NCBI GenBank assembly: GCA_016185845.1
Contig: JACPMV010000022.1
Location: 1-44,937 of the forward strand
Origin: Candidatus Woesearchaeota archaeon
GTDB lineage: Archaea > Nanobdellota > Nanobdellia > Woesearchaeales > GW2011-AR4
Length of the DNA stretch: 44,937 bases
Direction: 5' to 3'
The notes beneath the pieces were generated by a model that was not told the origin of the DNA, ran no database searches, and worked only from the letters and a program-made list of their open reading frames with translations. Below, piece after piece: positions 20,126-29,708 of the stretch (position 1 is the stretch's first letter; each line of letters starts with the position of its first letter). The translations under genes and the position numbers were made by a program.

Positions 20126-20833
20126 TCAGCGCCCTCCCAGATAGATGTGCTGTATTTTCTTTGTCTTCAGCAATGACTTATCTCCTCTCAGTGCCACCTT
20201 TCCGTCCTCCAGGACAAATATCTTGCCTGCTATCTGTGTTGCCTGCTTGGCATTCTGCTCTACTATCATTATAGCAACTCCTTCTTCATTTATTTCCTGT
20301 ATTTTCCTGAACAGTTCCTTCATTATTTTCGGCGCCAGCCCAAGCGACGGCTCGTCCAGCAGCAATAACTGGGGGTCCTGCATCAAAGCTCTTCCTATTG
20401 CGAGCATCTGCTGCTGGCCTCCTGATAAATTAAAAGCATAATCCTTTAGTTTTTTCCTCAAATCAGGAAAATGTTTTTCCAAAACTTCTTCCATCATTTT
20501 TTCTACCAAATCTTTTTCTTTTGTCAGAAAAGCGCCCATTTCAAGATTTTCCCTCACAGTTAAAGTCTGGAAAACCTGCCTTCCCTGGGGAACATAGCTT
20601 ATTCCCAGTTCTATTAATTCATGCGTCGGAATTTTTGTTATATCCTTGTTTTTGAACATGATTTTTCCCTTATAAACGTCAACCAGGTTGAAAATGCTTT
20701 TCAGCAATGTTGATTTTCCTGCCCCATTCGGCCCTATAATAACAGCAATATCCTTTGGCTTTACATTCAGGCTTATTCCGAACAAAATCTGCATCTTTCC
20801 GTATCCTGAATCTAGGTTTTTTATTTGTAACAT
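20126..20833 (-). CDS. livF: Branched-chain amino acid ABC ATPase
   Basis: GPNGAGKST, LSGGQQQML, LDEPSLGLAP, VEQNA. Confidence 0.92.
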   Translation of the reverse strand: MLQIKNLDSGYGKMQILFGISLNVKPKDIAVIIGPNGAGKSTLLKSIFNLVDVYKGKIMFKNKDITKIPTHELIELGISYVPQGRQVFQTLTVRENLEMGAFLTKEKDLVEKMMEEVLEKHFPDLRKKLKDYAFNLSGGQQQMLAIGRALMQDPQLLLLDEPSLGLAPKIMKELFRKIQEINEEGVAIMIVEQNAKQATQIAGKIFVLEDGKVALRGDKSLLKTKKIQHIYLGGR

Positions 20834-20929
20834 TTTAAATTATTTTTTATTGATTTTTGATAATGTTATTTTATTTAATGTTTGTCGTTAATGCGTTTTC
20901 GTCATTGAATTAAATTTTTTAAAATATTC

Positions 20930-21697
20930 TCATTTCCCCAGATAAGCCTCCAAAACTCTTTTGTCCTTTACAATATCCTTTGGCCTGCCTTCCCGCAAAA
21001 CCCTGCCCTCGTTCAGGACAATAACCCTGTCGCTTATGTCCATAACAAATTCCATGTCGTGCTCTATCAGCAAAATAGTTTTTCCTTCCTTCCTTAAATT
21101 TTTCAGAATTGCCCTTAATTCCTGCCTTATCCTTGGATTAACGCCTGCAGTCGGCTCATCAAGCATCAAAAGCTTGTGCGGCATCAGCAATGCCCTTGCA
21201 ATTTCAAGCAGCCTTTGCTGCCCATAAGAAAGTTCAGATGCAATTGTATCGAGTGATTTCTCAAAATAAACTCCCTTTAGAACTTTTTTTATTTCTTCAT
21301 CATTAGTTTTCTTTGCAATTAGCATGTTATCCCTTACAGACAGATTTCTGAACACTTTTGTAAGCTGGAAAGTCCTGCTTATCCCGCTTTGCGCAATCCT
21401 ATAAGAAGGCATTCCGGCTATGTTTTTCTTTTCCAGCCTTATTGCTCCTGCATCTGGCTTTGCCAGTCCGCTTATTATGTTGAAGACTGTTGTCTTTCCA
21501 GCGCCGTTCGGTCCTATAAGAGATGTTATTGTATTTTCTTTTACTTCAAAACTGCATTTATTTACTGCTTTGACTCCTCCAAAGCTTTTTGAAATGTCGG
21601 AAATCGACAATATAGCATTTTTATTCTTCCGATTCGATTTCCGAGCATGCTCAAAAATGCGTTGCATTTTTGACACATTCCTTAGCAATAGCATCAT
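20930..21697 (-). CDS. livG: Branched-chain amino acid ABC ATPase with N-terminal 27-aa insertion
   Basis: KSFGGVKAV, GPNGAGKTT, RTFQ, LSYGQQR, IEHDM, EAYLG. Confidence 0.9.
   Translation of the reverse strand: MMLLLRNVSKMQRIFEHARKSNRKNKNAILSISDISKSFGGVKAVNKCSFEVKENTITSLIGPNGAGKTTVFNIISGLAKPDAGAIRLEKKNIAGMPSYRIAQSGISRTFQLTKVFRNLSVRDNMLIAKKTNDEEIKKVLKGVYFEKSLDTIASELSYGQQRLLEIARALLMPHKLLMLDEPTAGVNPRIRQELRAILKNLRKEGKTILLIEHDMEFVMDISDRVIVLNEGRVLREGRPKDIVKDKRVLEAYLGK
21597..21673. mobile_element. Two-arm palindromic mini-element inserted in frame in livG
   Basis: TCGGAAATCGA..TCGATTTCCGA + GCATGC + TCAAAAATGC-gtt-GCATTTTTGA; same architecture at 40044-40180. Confidence 0.7.
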
Positions 21698-22548
21698 ACA
21701 TCAACCTTCCCAAACATTCCTCTTGGCCTGTAGATTAAAATTAAAAGAAGGATTAGCATTAAAAGCATCTGCCGCATCGCGCCTATCAATTCAGGGCTTA
21801 TATTTGTAAAAACAAAGCTTATTGCGCTTAGCAACAGGCTTATAACGGTTACACCCAATATTGAGCCGCTTATTGAAGCCAAACCGCCCACTATCAGCAT
21901 TGCCAGTATTATTACAAAAAATTCCAAGTCAAAAATGGTTGGATCTATAAAACTGATGTAATGCGCAAACAGGCTTCCCGCAATGCCTGCAAAAAAGGTG
22001 GATATTGTTATTGACAGGACCTTGTATAAATATGTGTTTTTGCCAAGAACAGCAGCCGCAGTTTCATCGTCTCTTATTGCCTGAAATATCTTTCCGGTTT
22101 CTGAATTGGTTAGCCAATACAGGAATACAACTGATAACAGGGCAACAGCAAATAAAAACAGCATGTAGTAGAAATTGTTTTTTATTATATCAGGAATTCC
22201 CGGCAATCCCAAAGCGCCTCTTGTCAGTGAAATCCAGTTTCTGGACACCGCAATAGCTATAAAAGCAAGCCCAAGAGCAACTATCTGGAAATAGTCGCCT
22301 TTAAGGCGCACAGTTATCGCAGCAATCACCGCGCCAAAACTGCCTGCAATTAAGCCCGATGCCGGCAGCGCAATATACCACGGGATTCCGTGCAAAGTCA
22401 GTAATGCCGAGGCATAAGCGCCCACTCCGAAAAATGCCATATGCCCCAAATTGACCAGGCCGGTAAAGCCAAAAGCCAGGTTGAGAGATACAACTAGTAT
22501 TATATAAATAAAGATGTAAGCAAACACTGCGATTAAATATTCATACAT
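21694..22548 (-). CDS. livM: Branched-chain amino acid ABC permease
   Basis: GFTGLVNLGHMAFFGVGAY, RLKGDYF, AIRDDETAA, RPRGMFG. Confidence 0.92.
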   Translation of the reverse strand: MYEYLIAVFAYIFIYIILVVSLNLAFGFTGLVNLGHMAFFGVGAYASALLTLHGIPWYIALPASGLIAGSFGAVIAAITVRLKGDYFQIVALGLAFIAIAVSRNWISLTRGALGLPGIPDIIKNNFYYMLFLFAVALLSVVFLYWLTNSETGKIFQAIRDDETAAAVLGKNTYLYKVLSITISTFFAGIAGSLFAHYISFIDPTIFDLEFFVIILAMLIVGGLASISGSILGVTVISLLLSAISFVFTNISPELIGAMRQMLLMLILLLILIYRPRGMFGKVDV

Positions 22549-23428
22549 TTCGCATCTTCACCCCTAAAATGCCCTGAGGCCTGAACAGCAGGAACAATAA
22601 TAAAACTGAAAAAGAAATAACATCCTTGTATCCGGTCGGCAAATACAAAACTCCAACGTTTTCCGCCAATCCTATAAACAAGCCGCCGATAATAGAGCCG
22701 GGAACAGAGCCAAGCCCGCCAACGACAGAGCTGATAAATCCCTTGATTATTATCGGCACGCCCATTCTGGGATACAGGTTTTGCTCAAGCCCCAGCAGAA
22801 TCCCCCCAAAAGCCCCAAGCACAGCTGCAATTATGAAAGTGTAATTATAGATTTTTTCCGGATTGATTCCAACAACCTGAGCCACGTCTTTGTTGTCCGC
22901 CAAAGCGCGCATTGACTTTCCAAGTTTTGTTTTTTTGAGGATGATCCACAGAAACAAAAATAGAATTAACGCCGAGACAATGATTGCAGTTTGTACCAAA
23001 GTTATAGTAAAAATGCCAAAATCAAAAGTTTTGTTGTGTTTTGCTAAAGATATTGCCTTTGTGCTTGAGCCGAAAAATGCAAGCATCAGGGATGATGAGA
23101 ATATGAGCAAAACAATAGATGCTATCAGTATTATTGCAGGGGTGGCCTTTCTTTTTCTTAATGGCAGATAAAGGAGCCAGTTAGACAGCAAGGTTGCAAT
23201 TACGCATCCAATAACTGTCAAAATCCCTGCCAGAATATAATTTAATCCCATAAGATTCATGAATGTAAAGAACAAGTATGCGCCTATGGACATTATGGCG
23301 CCATGCGAGAAATACTGGAATTTTACAACATAATAAATCAATGAGAAGCCGGAAGCAGCCAAAGCGTAGATAGAGCCTGCTATCAGTCCATTTACAATAA
23401 GCTGGGGCAATATGTCAAGTAATGGCAT
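22541..23428 (-). CDS. livH: Branched-chain amino acid ABC permease
   Basis: NGLIAGSIYALAASGFSLIY, GKSMRALADN, GGLGS, RPQGILG. Confidence 0.92.
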   Translation of the reverse strand: MPLLDILPQLIVNGLIAGSIYALAASGFSLIYYVVKFQYFSHGAIMSIGAYLFFTFMNLMGLNYILAGILTVIGCVIATLLSNWLLYLPLRKRKATPAIILIASIVLLIFSSSLMLAFFGSSTKAISLAKHNKTFDFGIFTITLVQTAIIVSALILFLFLWIILKKTKLGKSMRALADNKDVAQVVGINPEKIYNYTFIIAAVLGAFGGILLGLEQNLYPRMGVPIIIKGFISSVVGGLGSVPGSIIGGLFIGLAENVGVLYLPTGYKDVISFSVLLLFLLFRPQGILGVKMRNV

Positions 23429-23501
23429 TTTTAGCTGTCTTTGCTAAACTTTTATTTAAAACTTGTCAAAAACAAAAAATAAAGAAAAAAAGAATAAAAA
23501 A

Positions 23502-24662
23502 TCACTTCAAGATCACAAGTTCGCCGCTCTTCACCTGCTTGACACTGAAGTCCATGACAACATCGCCTTTCCCGTCTATTGTCACTTTGCCGCCTGCTCC
23601 TTCATAGCCGTCAACAGCGTAGAGGTAGTCTCTTATCTTTTCACCATCGTAGCCGTTTTTAGCTATGGCATCTGACACAAGGTAGACTGCATCATAGGCT
23701 GCAGACATATAGAACGGAAATGGCGCTTCCTCATTTGCCTGCTGCTTGTATTTGCCAAGCACTGCAGCAGCTTTTGGCGCTTTGTCGTCAAATTTCTGCT
23801 CGACCCCTATAAGCCCTTCCAAGTCAGCGGCATTCTCAGCTATTGTGTTCCTGCCAAGAAGAACTTCCGGCGTCAGCAATTGCTTTGTAACTCCTGCTTC
23901 CTTGACCTGCTTTACCAGCAAAATGCCTTTTGGAACAGTCTGTGGCACGAGGTATATTACATCAGGATTTGATGCCTTGGCTTTCGTGACTTGTGTCCTG
24001 AAATCAGTGTCTTCAGGATTAAATGTTTCATCAGCCACTATTTCGCCGCCCAGTTTTGCAAAGTTTTCCTTGAAAACCTTTCTCAATCCCTGCGCGTAAT
24101 CAGTTGTTTCTGAGATTACAGCGGCTTTTTTTGCCTTCAGGTCATTGAATGCGTAATTAGAGGCTACAACTCCTGCAAATGCATCGCTTGGCGCCAGCCT
24201 AAAAACAAAGTCGCCTGCATTTGTTATGTCCGGGTTTGTGGCGCTTGGCGATATCAGGACTACCTTTGCTGCTTCTGTTATTGGCGCTGCCCCTAAAGTT
24301 TCTCCGGAGCAAACTCCTCCAATTATTACCTTGACTTTGTCCAGATTAACAAGCTTTTGAGCTGCTGCATTCCCGTCTTTTGGGTTGCATTTGCTGTCCT
24401 CATAAATAACTTCAAGCTTTCTGCCGTTTACTCCGCCTTGCGCATTAATCTCATCAATTGCTATTTTTGTTGTTCTTTGTATAGGCAAGCCGTAAGCTGC
24501 GCCGTCTCCGGTTAAAGGATACATTACTCCGATCTTGTAAGTGCCTTGTGCTTGAGCTGGCTTGACTTCCCCGCCAGTCGGCTGCTGAGCCTGCTGCTGT
24601 ACTTGACAGGCAGACATAATTAAAATAAACAATGTCAGAATTGCTAATATAGTCTTTTTCAT
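23502..24662 (-). CDS. Branched-chain amino acid ABC substrate-binding lipoprotein (LivK/LivJ-like)
   Basis: Lipobox-like MSAC; KIGVMYPLTG, INAQGGVNGRKLEVIYEDSKCNP, FRLAPSD, AYDAV. Confidence 0.9.
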   Translation of the reverse strand: MKKTILAILTLFILIMSACQVQQQAQQPTGGEVKPAQAQGTYKIGVMYPLTGDGAAYGLPIQRTTKIAIDEINAQGGVNGRKLEVIYEDSKCNPKDGNAAAQKLVNLDKVKVIIGGVCSGETLGAAPITEAAKVVLISPSATNPDITNAGDFVFRLAPSDAFAGVVASNYAFNDLKAKKAAVISETTDYAQGLRKVFKENFAKLGGEIVADETFNPEDTDFRTQVTKAKASNPDVIYLVPQTVPKGILLVKQVKEAGVTKQLLTPEVLLGRNTIAENAADLEGLIGVEQKFDDKAPKAAAVLGKYKQQANEEAPFPFYMSAAYDAVYLVSDAIAKNGYDGEKIRDYLYAVDGYEGAGGKVTIDGKGDVVMDFSVKQVKSGELVILK

Positions 24663-24709
24663 AGATTACACCCCCTAATATTATTTCCATAGGGTATTAT
24701 AATCCATAT

Positions 24710-27418
24710 TTAAAGTTTTCGCCGAAAAAGTTGGGGTTTTGTGGGAAATATGTGATAAATCTTACCCCCCCATCTTCTCATCAACAAACTGTTAGAAACA
24801 ACAGAAACAGAGCTGAACGCCATCGCAGCTCCTGCAATTATCGGATTAAGCAGGAAGCCAAAAAAAGGGTACAAAATTCCTGCTGCTATCGGAATTCCAG
24901 CCGCATTGTAGAAGAAAGCCCAGAACAAGTTTTGCTTTATTTTTTTGATTGTGTAAGAGCTTAGCTTTATTGCCTTGACCACATCCCTTAAATCATTCTT
25001 AATCAAAACTATAGAGCCGGTTTCTATCGCAACATCAGTTCCTGCCCCTATTGCAATGCCGACATCTGCTGCAGCCAATGCAGGGGCATCGTTTATCCCG
25101 TCCCCGACCATTGCAACGACTTTTCCTTCGGACTTCAGTTTTTTTACTTCAAGTTCCTTGTCCTGCGGAAGGACATTTGCAATCACTTTTTCGATCCCGG
25201 CTTGCGCAGCTATTGATTTTGCGACTTTTTCATTGTCGCCGGTTATCATAACCGCTTCAATATTCATCTTTTTCAGTTCTGAAATCGCTTCTTTTGAGCT
25301 TTCTTTCAGGGTGTCAGCAACGCCTATGGCTCCGACAATAAGCCTGTCAAGCGCCACGGCCACAGTAGTATTTCCCTGCTCCTCAAGCTGCTGCATTTTG
25401 GCCCTGACGTCAGCGCTTATTTTCGCATTTTTTTCCTCAAGCAGCTTTTCATTGCCCACAATTATATTGTAGTTCCTGTATTTTGCAATTATTCCTTTTC
25501 CGCTGACAGCTTCAAAATGAGATGCGTCAGGAACATCAATCTTTTTTGATTTTGCATGGTTAAGTATTGCCTCGCCTATCGGATGCTCTGAGCCTTTTTC
25601 GGCAATCGCCGCAAACTTCAGAATATCCTCTTCATTGTATTTTCTGCTGAATACCTTGATATTTGTAACATCGGGCTTTCCTTTCGTCAGGGTTCCCGTC
25701 TTGTCAAAAATAATTGTCGTAAGCTTATGGGCTGTCTCAAGAGCCTCAGCATTCTTGATTAAAATCCCGTTTTCCGCGCCTTTTCCTGTGCCGACCATTA
25801 TTGCAGTCGGTGTTGCAAGCCCCAGGGCGCATGGGCAGGCAATTATCAGGACAGCGACAAAAACAGTAAACGAAAAGATGAAAGGCGAAGGAGTTAATGA
25901 AAGAAAATTTGGAGCAAGAAAATACCAGAACAAAAATGAAAGTATTGCTATTGCCATGACAATAGGCACGAATATGGATGAAACTTTGTCTGCCAGCCTT
26001 TGTATCGGCGCTTTTGAGCCCTGAGCCTCTTCAACTAGCTTTATTATCTGGGCAAGCATCGTGTCAGCTCCAATCTTGCTCGCTTTAATTTTCAGAAAGC
26101 CGTTCTTGTTTATGGTTGCCCCTATGACCTTGTCGCTAATCTTTTTTGAAACAGGAATGCTTTCTCCTGTAAGCATCGATTCATCGACATAAGAGCTTCC
26201 CTCTTCAACAATCCCGTCAGTCGCTATCTTCTCTCCGGGCTTTGCAATAAAAATATCGCCAATCTGCAATTCATCGATTTTAACTTCTCTTTCTTTTCCG
26301 TCTTTAATGACAATTGCTGTCTTTGGCTGCAGCCCAATAAGTTTTCTTATCGCTTCTGAAGCCTTTCCTTTTGTCAATGCCTCAAAATACTTGCCGAGCA
26401 AGATGAATGTTATGATTACAGCGGCAGTGTCATAATACATGCCTCCTGTAAATGCTTTTGGAAACAATGTTGCCAGCAAACTGTATATATAAGCCGCAGA
26501 TGTGCCTACAGCTATCAAAGTGTCCATGTTTGCTGTCCTGTTTCTCAAACCAATCCACGTTCCGGCGTAAAATCTGTACCCAAGATACAGCTGGACCGGA
26601 GTCGCAAGCGCAAGCAGGATGTAATTCTGGAATGGAACTGTTATTTTAAACCATTCCGGGAATGAAAGGATAAATATCGGAATGCTCAGGATAAATCCAA
26701 AAATAACTTCCCGCTTAAGCTTTGTTATCTCTTTTTGTCTTGCTATCTTCTCAGTGTCCTCTAAAGCGCCTGAAACCTCAATCAGCTCATATCCTGCATT
26801 CTTTATTGTTTTTTTTATCCTGTCAGCATTTGTAATCGCGGGGTCGTACTTTATGAAAGCGTTCTGGTTCACATACAGCTCTTTTGAAATTATTCCCTGA
26901 ATCGTGTTTAAGGCGCCTACGACAGTTCCGACGCAATGCGGATTGTCCATTCCGATGACTTTAAGCTTAATCTCTGCAATATTTCCGGAAGTCTTATGCC
27001 CCTCAGCAATCTTGTACCCGGTTTCCCTAATTATATTTTTTATTGAATCTTCATTTGTCTTATCCGTGTCAAATTCCACATTTGCCTTTTCCGAAGCGAA
27101 ATTAACATTTGCTTTTACAACACCATCAGCTTTAGAAATGGATTTCTCTATTGTCTGCGCGCATGTGGCGCAGTGCATGCCAGATATAGGCAAAATTATT
27201 TTTTGGATATTGTTTTGCTGGGTTATTTTTCCATTGATTTTTTTTATTGGTCCTATTTTTGGCGTTTTTTTAGTTAATGCATGGTTTTTGCTGCTTTTTT
27301 CCATAAACTTGTCATGGCAGCTTTTGCTGCAAAAATAGTATTTTTTACCATTCTTTACAGCACTGAATTTAGCTTTTTTCTCGTCAACTTCCATTCCGCA
27401 TACCGGGTCTTTTGGCAT
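24710..27418 (-). CDS. copA: P1B-type copper-translocating ATPase with YHS and HMA domains
   Basis: DPVCGM..YYFCS (YHS), GMHCATC, TGES, CPC, DKTGTLT, GDGINDAP, YN and MAFSS motifs. Confidence 0.95.
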   Translation of the reverse strand: MPKDPVCGMEVDEKKAKFSAVKNGKKYYFCSKSCHDKFMEKSSKNHALTKKTPKIGPIKKINGKITQQNNIQKIILPISGMHCATCAQTIEKSISKADGVVKANVNFASEKANVEFDTDKTNEDSIKNIIRETGYKIAEGHKTSGNIAEIKLKVIGMDNPHCVGTVVGALNTIQGIISKELYVNQNAFIKYDPAITNADRIKKTIKNAGYELIEVSGALEDTEKIARQKEITKLKREVIFGFILSIPIFILSFPEWFKITVPFQNYILLALATPVQLYLGYRFYAGTWIGLRNRTANMDTLIAVGTSAAYIYSLLATLFPKAFTGGMYYDTAAVIITFILLGKYFEALTKGKASEAIRKLIGLQPKTAIVIKDGKEREVKIDELQIGDIFIAKPGEKIATDGIVEEGSSYVDESMLTGESIPVSKKISDKVIGATINKNGFLKIKASKIGADTMLAQIIKLVEEAQGSKAPIQRLADKVSSIFVPIVMAIAILSFLFWYFLAPNFLSLTPSPFIFSFTVFVAVLIIACPCALGLATPTAIMVGTGKGAENGILIKNAEALETAHKLTTIIFDKTGTLTKGKPDVTNIKVFSRKYNEEDILKFAAIAEKGSEHPIGEAILNHAKSKKIDVPDASHFEAVSGKGIIAKYRNYNIIVGNEKLLEEKNAKISADVRAKMQQLEEQGNTTVAVALDRLIVGAIGVADTLKESSKEAISELKKMNIEAVMITGDNEKVAKSIAAQAGIEKVIANVLPQDKELEVKKLKSEGKVVAMVGDGINDAPALAAADVGIAIGAGTDVAIETGSIVLIKNDLRDVVKAIKLSSYTIKKIKQNLFWAFFYNAAGIPIAAGILYPFFGFLLNPIIAGAAMAFSSVSVVSNSLLMRRWGGKIYHIFPTKPQLFRRKL

Positions 27419-27461
27419 TGATTGTTTATATGAAATGTTATGTTTATCTTATCTGTTACTT

Positions 27462-27662
27462 TTATTGATTTTTATTATCAATACCCAACAGGTTATGCAG
27501 CCAGCACCATCCGAAAAAGCTCTCGACTAGTGAAATCCAGCCCACAGCAAATATTGCCCAGTTTACCCATACAATGCTGTATTGCGGCGCCCAAGGGCCG
27601 AGCCACCAAAATGCCAGCGCAAACCTTAAAATTCTGTCCACTCTGCCTAAGTTTTGTTTCAT
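27462..27662 (-). CDS. DUF2892 (YgaP-like) membrane protein
   Basis: NLGRVDRILR...FGWCWLHNLLGI. Confidence 0.85.
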   Translation of the reverse strand: MKQNLGRVDRILRFALAFWWLGPWAPQYSIVWVNWAIFAVGWISLVESFFGWCWLHNLLGIDNKNQ

Positions 27663-27671
27663 TTTTCCGCC

Positions 27672-27818
27672 TCAGCTAACCAAGTCATGCACATATTTTT
27701 CAACCGATGTCTTTTTCCTGCAGATTGAGCATATATAAATTCCTCTAATTGGCCTCTTTAATGTGGTTCTTCCGCAAATTTGGCATTTTACTGATTCAAA
27801 ATTTTTTTCTTTTTTCAT
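27672..27818 (-). CDS. 48-aa zinc-ribbon protein (absent from the ORF track)
   Basis: Manual translation MKKEKNFESVKCQICGRTTLKRPIRGIYICSICRKKTSVEKYVHDLVS; fills the operon gap, purine-rich upstream. Confidence 0.7.
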   Translation of the reverse strand: MKKEKNFESVKCQICGRTTLKRPIRGIYICSICRKKTSVEKYVHDLVS

Positions 27819-27833
27819 CTTTTCCTTCTTGCT

Positions 27834-28373
27834 CTATCTTGATTTTTTAGATAAATCCCTCCACAATCTGAATATCCACAGATAAACAAGAATCACAAGG
27901 CCGATTGCCAGCAGAACCGCCAAAAAATTAAAAAAAGCGAAATAGCCATATCCATTCTGCCCCATCATTCCGTACCCAAAATTGTATGCCATCATGTTCA
28001 TCATTCCTCCATAGTTTGCTTTTCCGTAATTTCCCATCATGCCGTATCCAACAATGCCATAGTTAACGGCATCGTTCACGTCATTGCAGTACAGCCTTTT
28101 TGCCATAGAAATGTGCGTAAGCCTCAGGCTCTCGCTACCTTCGCCACCCATAATTTTGTCCATTGCTTCATGGGCTTCTCCTGGATGCATCTGCTCCATG
28201 AAGTAGTCCCCCAACGCTTCAAGCTGCGGCTCGCTTAATTTTGAGCATGGAGTCTTGGCGTCAATGATTTGTTTGGCTTCTGCAAAATCTTCGGTGTCGG
28301 CTGCAGCAATGCCAATAACTAAAATAAATATCGCCAGATACAAAATTTTCTTTTTCATTTTAACCGCCAGCAA
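27834..28373 (-). CDS. Exported Met/His-rich membrane-anchored protein of the copper locus
   Basis: Signal peptide, MEQMHPGEAHEAMD, GMM repeats, C-terminal TM. Confidence 0.8.
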   Translation of the reverse strand: MLAVKMKKKILYLAIFILVIGIAAADTEDFAEAKQIIDAKTPCSKLSEPQLEALGDYFMEQMHPGEAHEAMDKIMGGEGSESLRLTHISMAKRLYCNDVNDAVNYGIVGYGMMGNYGKANYGGMMNMMAYNFGYGMMGQNGYGYFAFFNFLAVLLAIGLVILVYLWIFRLWRDLSKKSR

Positions 28374-28390
28374 TTTTTATTTGGTAACTA

Positions 28391-28459
28391 TATATCCATT
28401 TTTGATATATTATACTGATAAGTATATAAACTTTTCTATTTATATCAAAATACGATATA
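28391..28459. promoter_or_regulatory. Two TATATC-N7-GATATA inverted repeats (putative operators) in the divergent promoter
   Basis: Copies at 28391-28409 and 28441-28459 flank a minus-strand TTTATATA box. Confidence 0.6.
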
Positions 28460-28497
28460 TCAAAAAAAGAAAGTTATTTATATAAGAATGCATTTCA

Positions 28498-28914
28498 ATG
28501 CCGAGCATGGCAGATGTTAAAATAAATAATATTGTTAAGTTCTATACTCTATGCCTTCTGGCTAATGAGCCAAAGCACGGGTACGATTTGATTCAAGAAT
28601 TAAAGGAAAAGCTAGAGAGAAAAATAAGCGCAAGCAATGTATACCCATTTTTGGATATTTTAAGAAAAAATAAGCTGATTAAATTTGACAAGATTGGGAA
28701 AAGGGATAAAAAAACATATTATCTGACGCAGGAGGGGGAAAAATTCACAAAGCAGATGTTCAGCAAGTTTGGGGATTTGATTAACCTGGCAATAGAGCCA
28801 AGAATAACAACATGCCCGTGCGGATGCAGGATTTATTCCGGCGGCCACACAAAAAAAGTCAGGGGAAAGGCTATGAAATTCTGTTGCCCTCATTGCGCAA
28901 AGATGTATAAATAA
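28498..28914 (+). CDS. PadR-family regulator with C-terminal Cys-rich (TRASH/YHS-like) domain
   Basis: PKHGYDLIQEL, VYPFL, KKTYYLTQEG; CPCGC...FCCPHC. Confidence 0.88.
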   Translation: MPSMADVKINNIVKFYTLCLLANEPKHGYDLIQELKEKLERKISASNVYPFLDILRKNKLIKFDKIGKRDKKTYYLTQEGEKFTKQMFSKFGDLINLAIEPRITTCPCGCRIYSGGHTKKVRGKAMKFCCPHCAKMYK

Positions 28915-28918
28915 AAAG

Positions 28919-29707
28919 CTATATCTTTCTTCTTAATCTGAACAACATATAGGTTCCAAATAAAAAAAGCGGAAAGCTCAGCAGCTGCCCCATAGTGAAA
29001 TAGTTTAGAATAAACCCAATCTGCTCATCCGGCTGCCTGAAAAACTCGGCAATTGTCCTCAGCAGGCCGTACATTGCCACAAAACTCCAGAACATGAAGC
29101 CTTTTGGAAGCTTTTTGCCTTTAATGAACCATAATGCGGCAAATATAAAAAAATTCTTCAGCGACTCGTAAATCTGCGAAGGGTGCCTGCATCCTTCTGG
29201 AACATCCTGTATAAATTGATTTTTAGAATAATCAATGCACCAGGAAAAATCAGTAATCCTTCCATACAATTCTCCGTTAATGAAATTCCCGATCCTGCCA
29301 AGGGCAAGCGCAAGCGCCACAGGCACTACTGTGATGTCTGCAATGTCATAAAATTCAATTTTCTTCTTCCTGCAAAACAGATATGCCGCGAATATTGCCC
29401 CCAAGAAGCCGCCATGGAAGCTTAGCCCTCCGTGCCATAGCTTAATGATCTCAGCAGGGCTGTTTAGATAAAATAGGGGATTATAAAAGATTATATAAGC
29501 CAGCCTGGCACCGAGAACAACACCTATCAGAAGGTATAATATAAAATCTGCTGCGTCGTCTTTGCTTAATTTTATGTTTTTTATTTTTGCAAGACTGGGA
29601 AGCATAAGATATGCTATAATGAACCCCAGGGCATAAAACAAGCCGTAATACCTTACTTCAAAAGGGCCAAATTCAAACAATGCCGGGTTTAAGTTATGAA
29701 AAAACAT
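28919..29707 (-). CDS. lgt: Prolipoprotein diacylglyceryl transferase
   Basis: VRYYGLFY, GARLAY, GGLSFHGG, GRIGNFINGELYGR, RHPSQIYE, EFFRQPD, TMGQLLS. Confidence 0.95.
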   Translation of the reverse strand: MFFHNLNPALFEFGPFEVRYYGLFYALGFIIAYLMLPSLAKIKNIKLSKDDAADFILYLLIGVVLGARLAYIIFYNPLFYLNSPAEIIKLWHGGLSFHGGFLGAIFAAYLFCRKKKIEFYDIADITVVPVALALALGRIGNFINGELYGRITDFSWCIDYSKNQFIQDVPEGCRHPSQIYESLKNFFIFAALWFIKGKKLPKGFMFWSFVAMYGLLRTIAEFFRQPDEQIGFILNYFTMGQLLSFPLFLFGTYMLFRLRRKI

Positions 29708-29708
29708 C

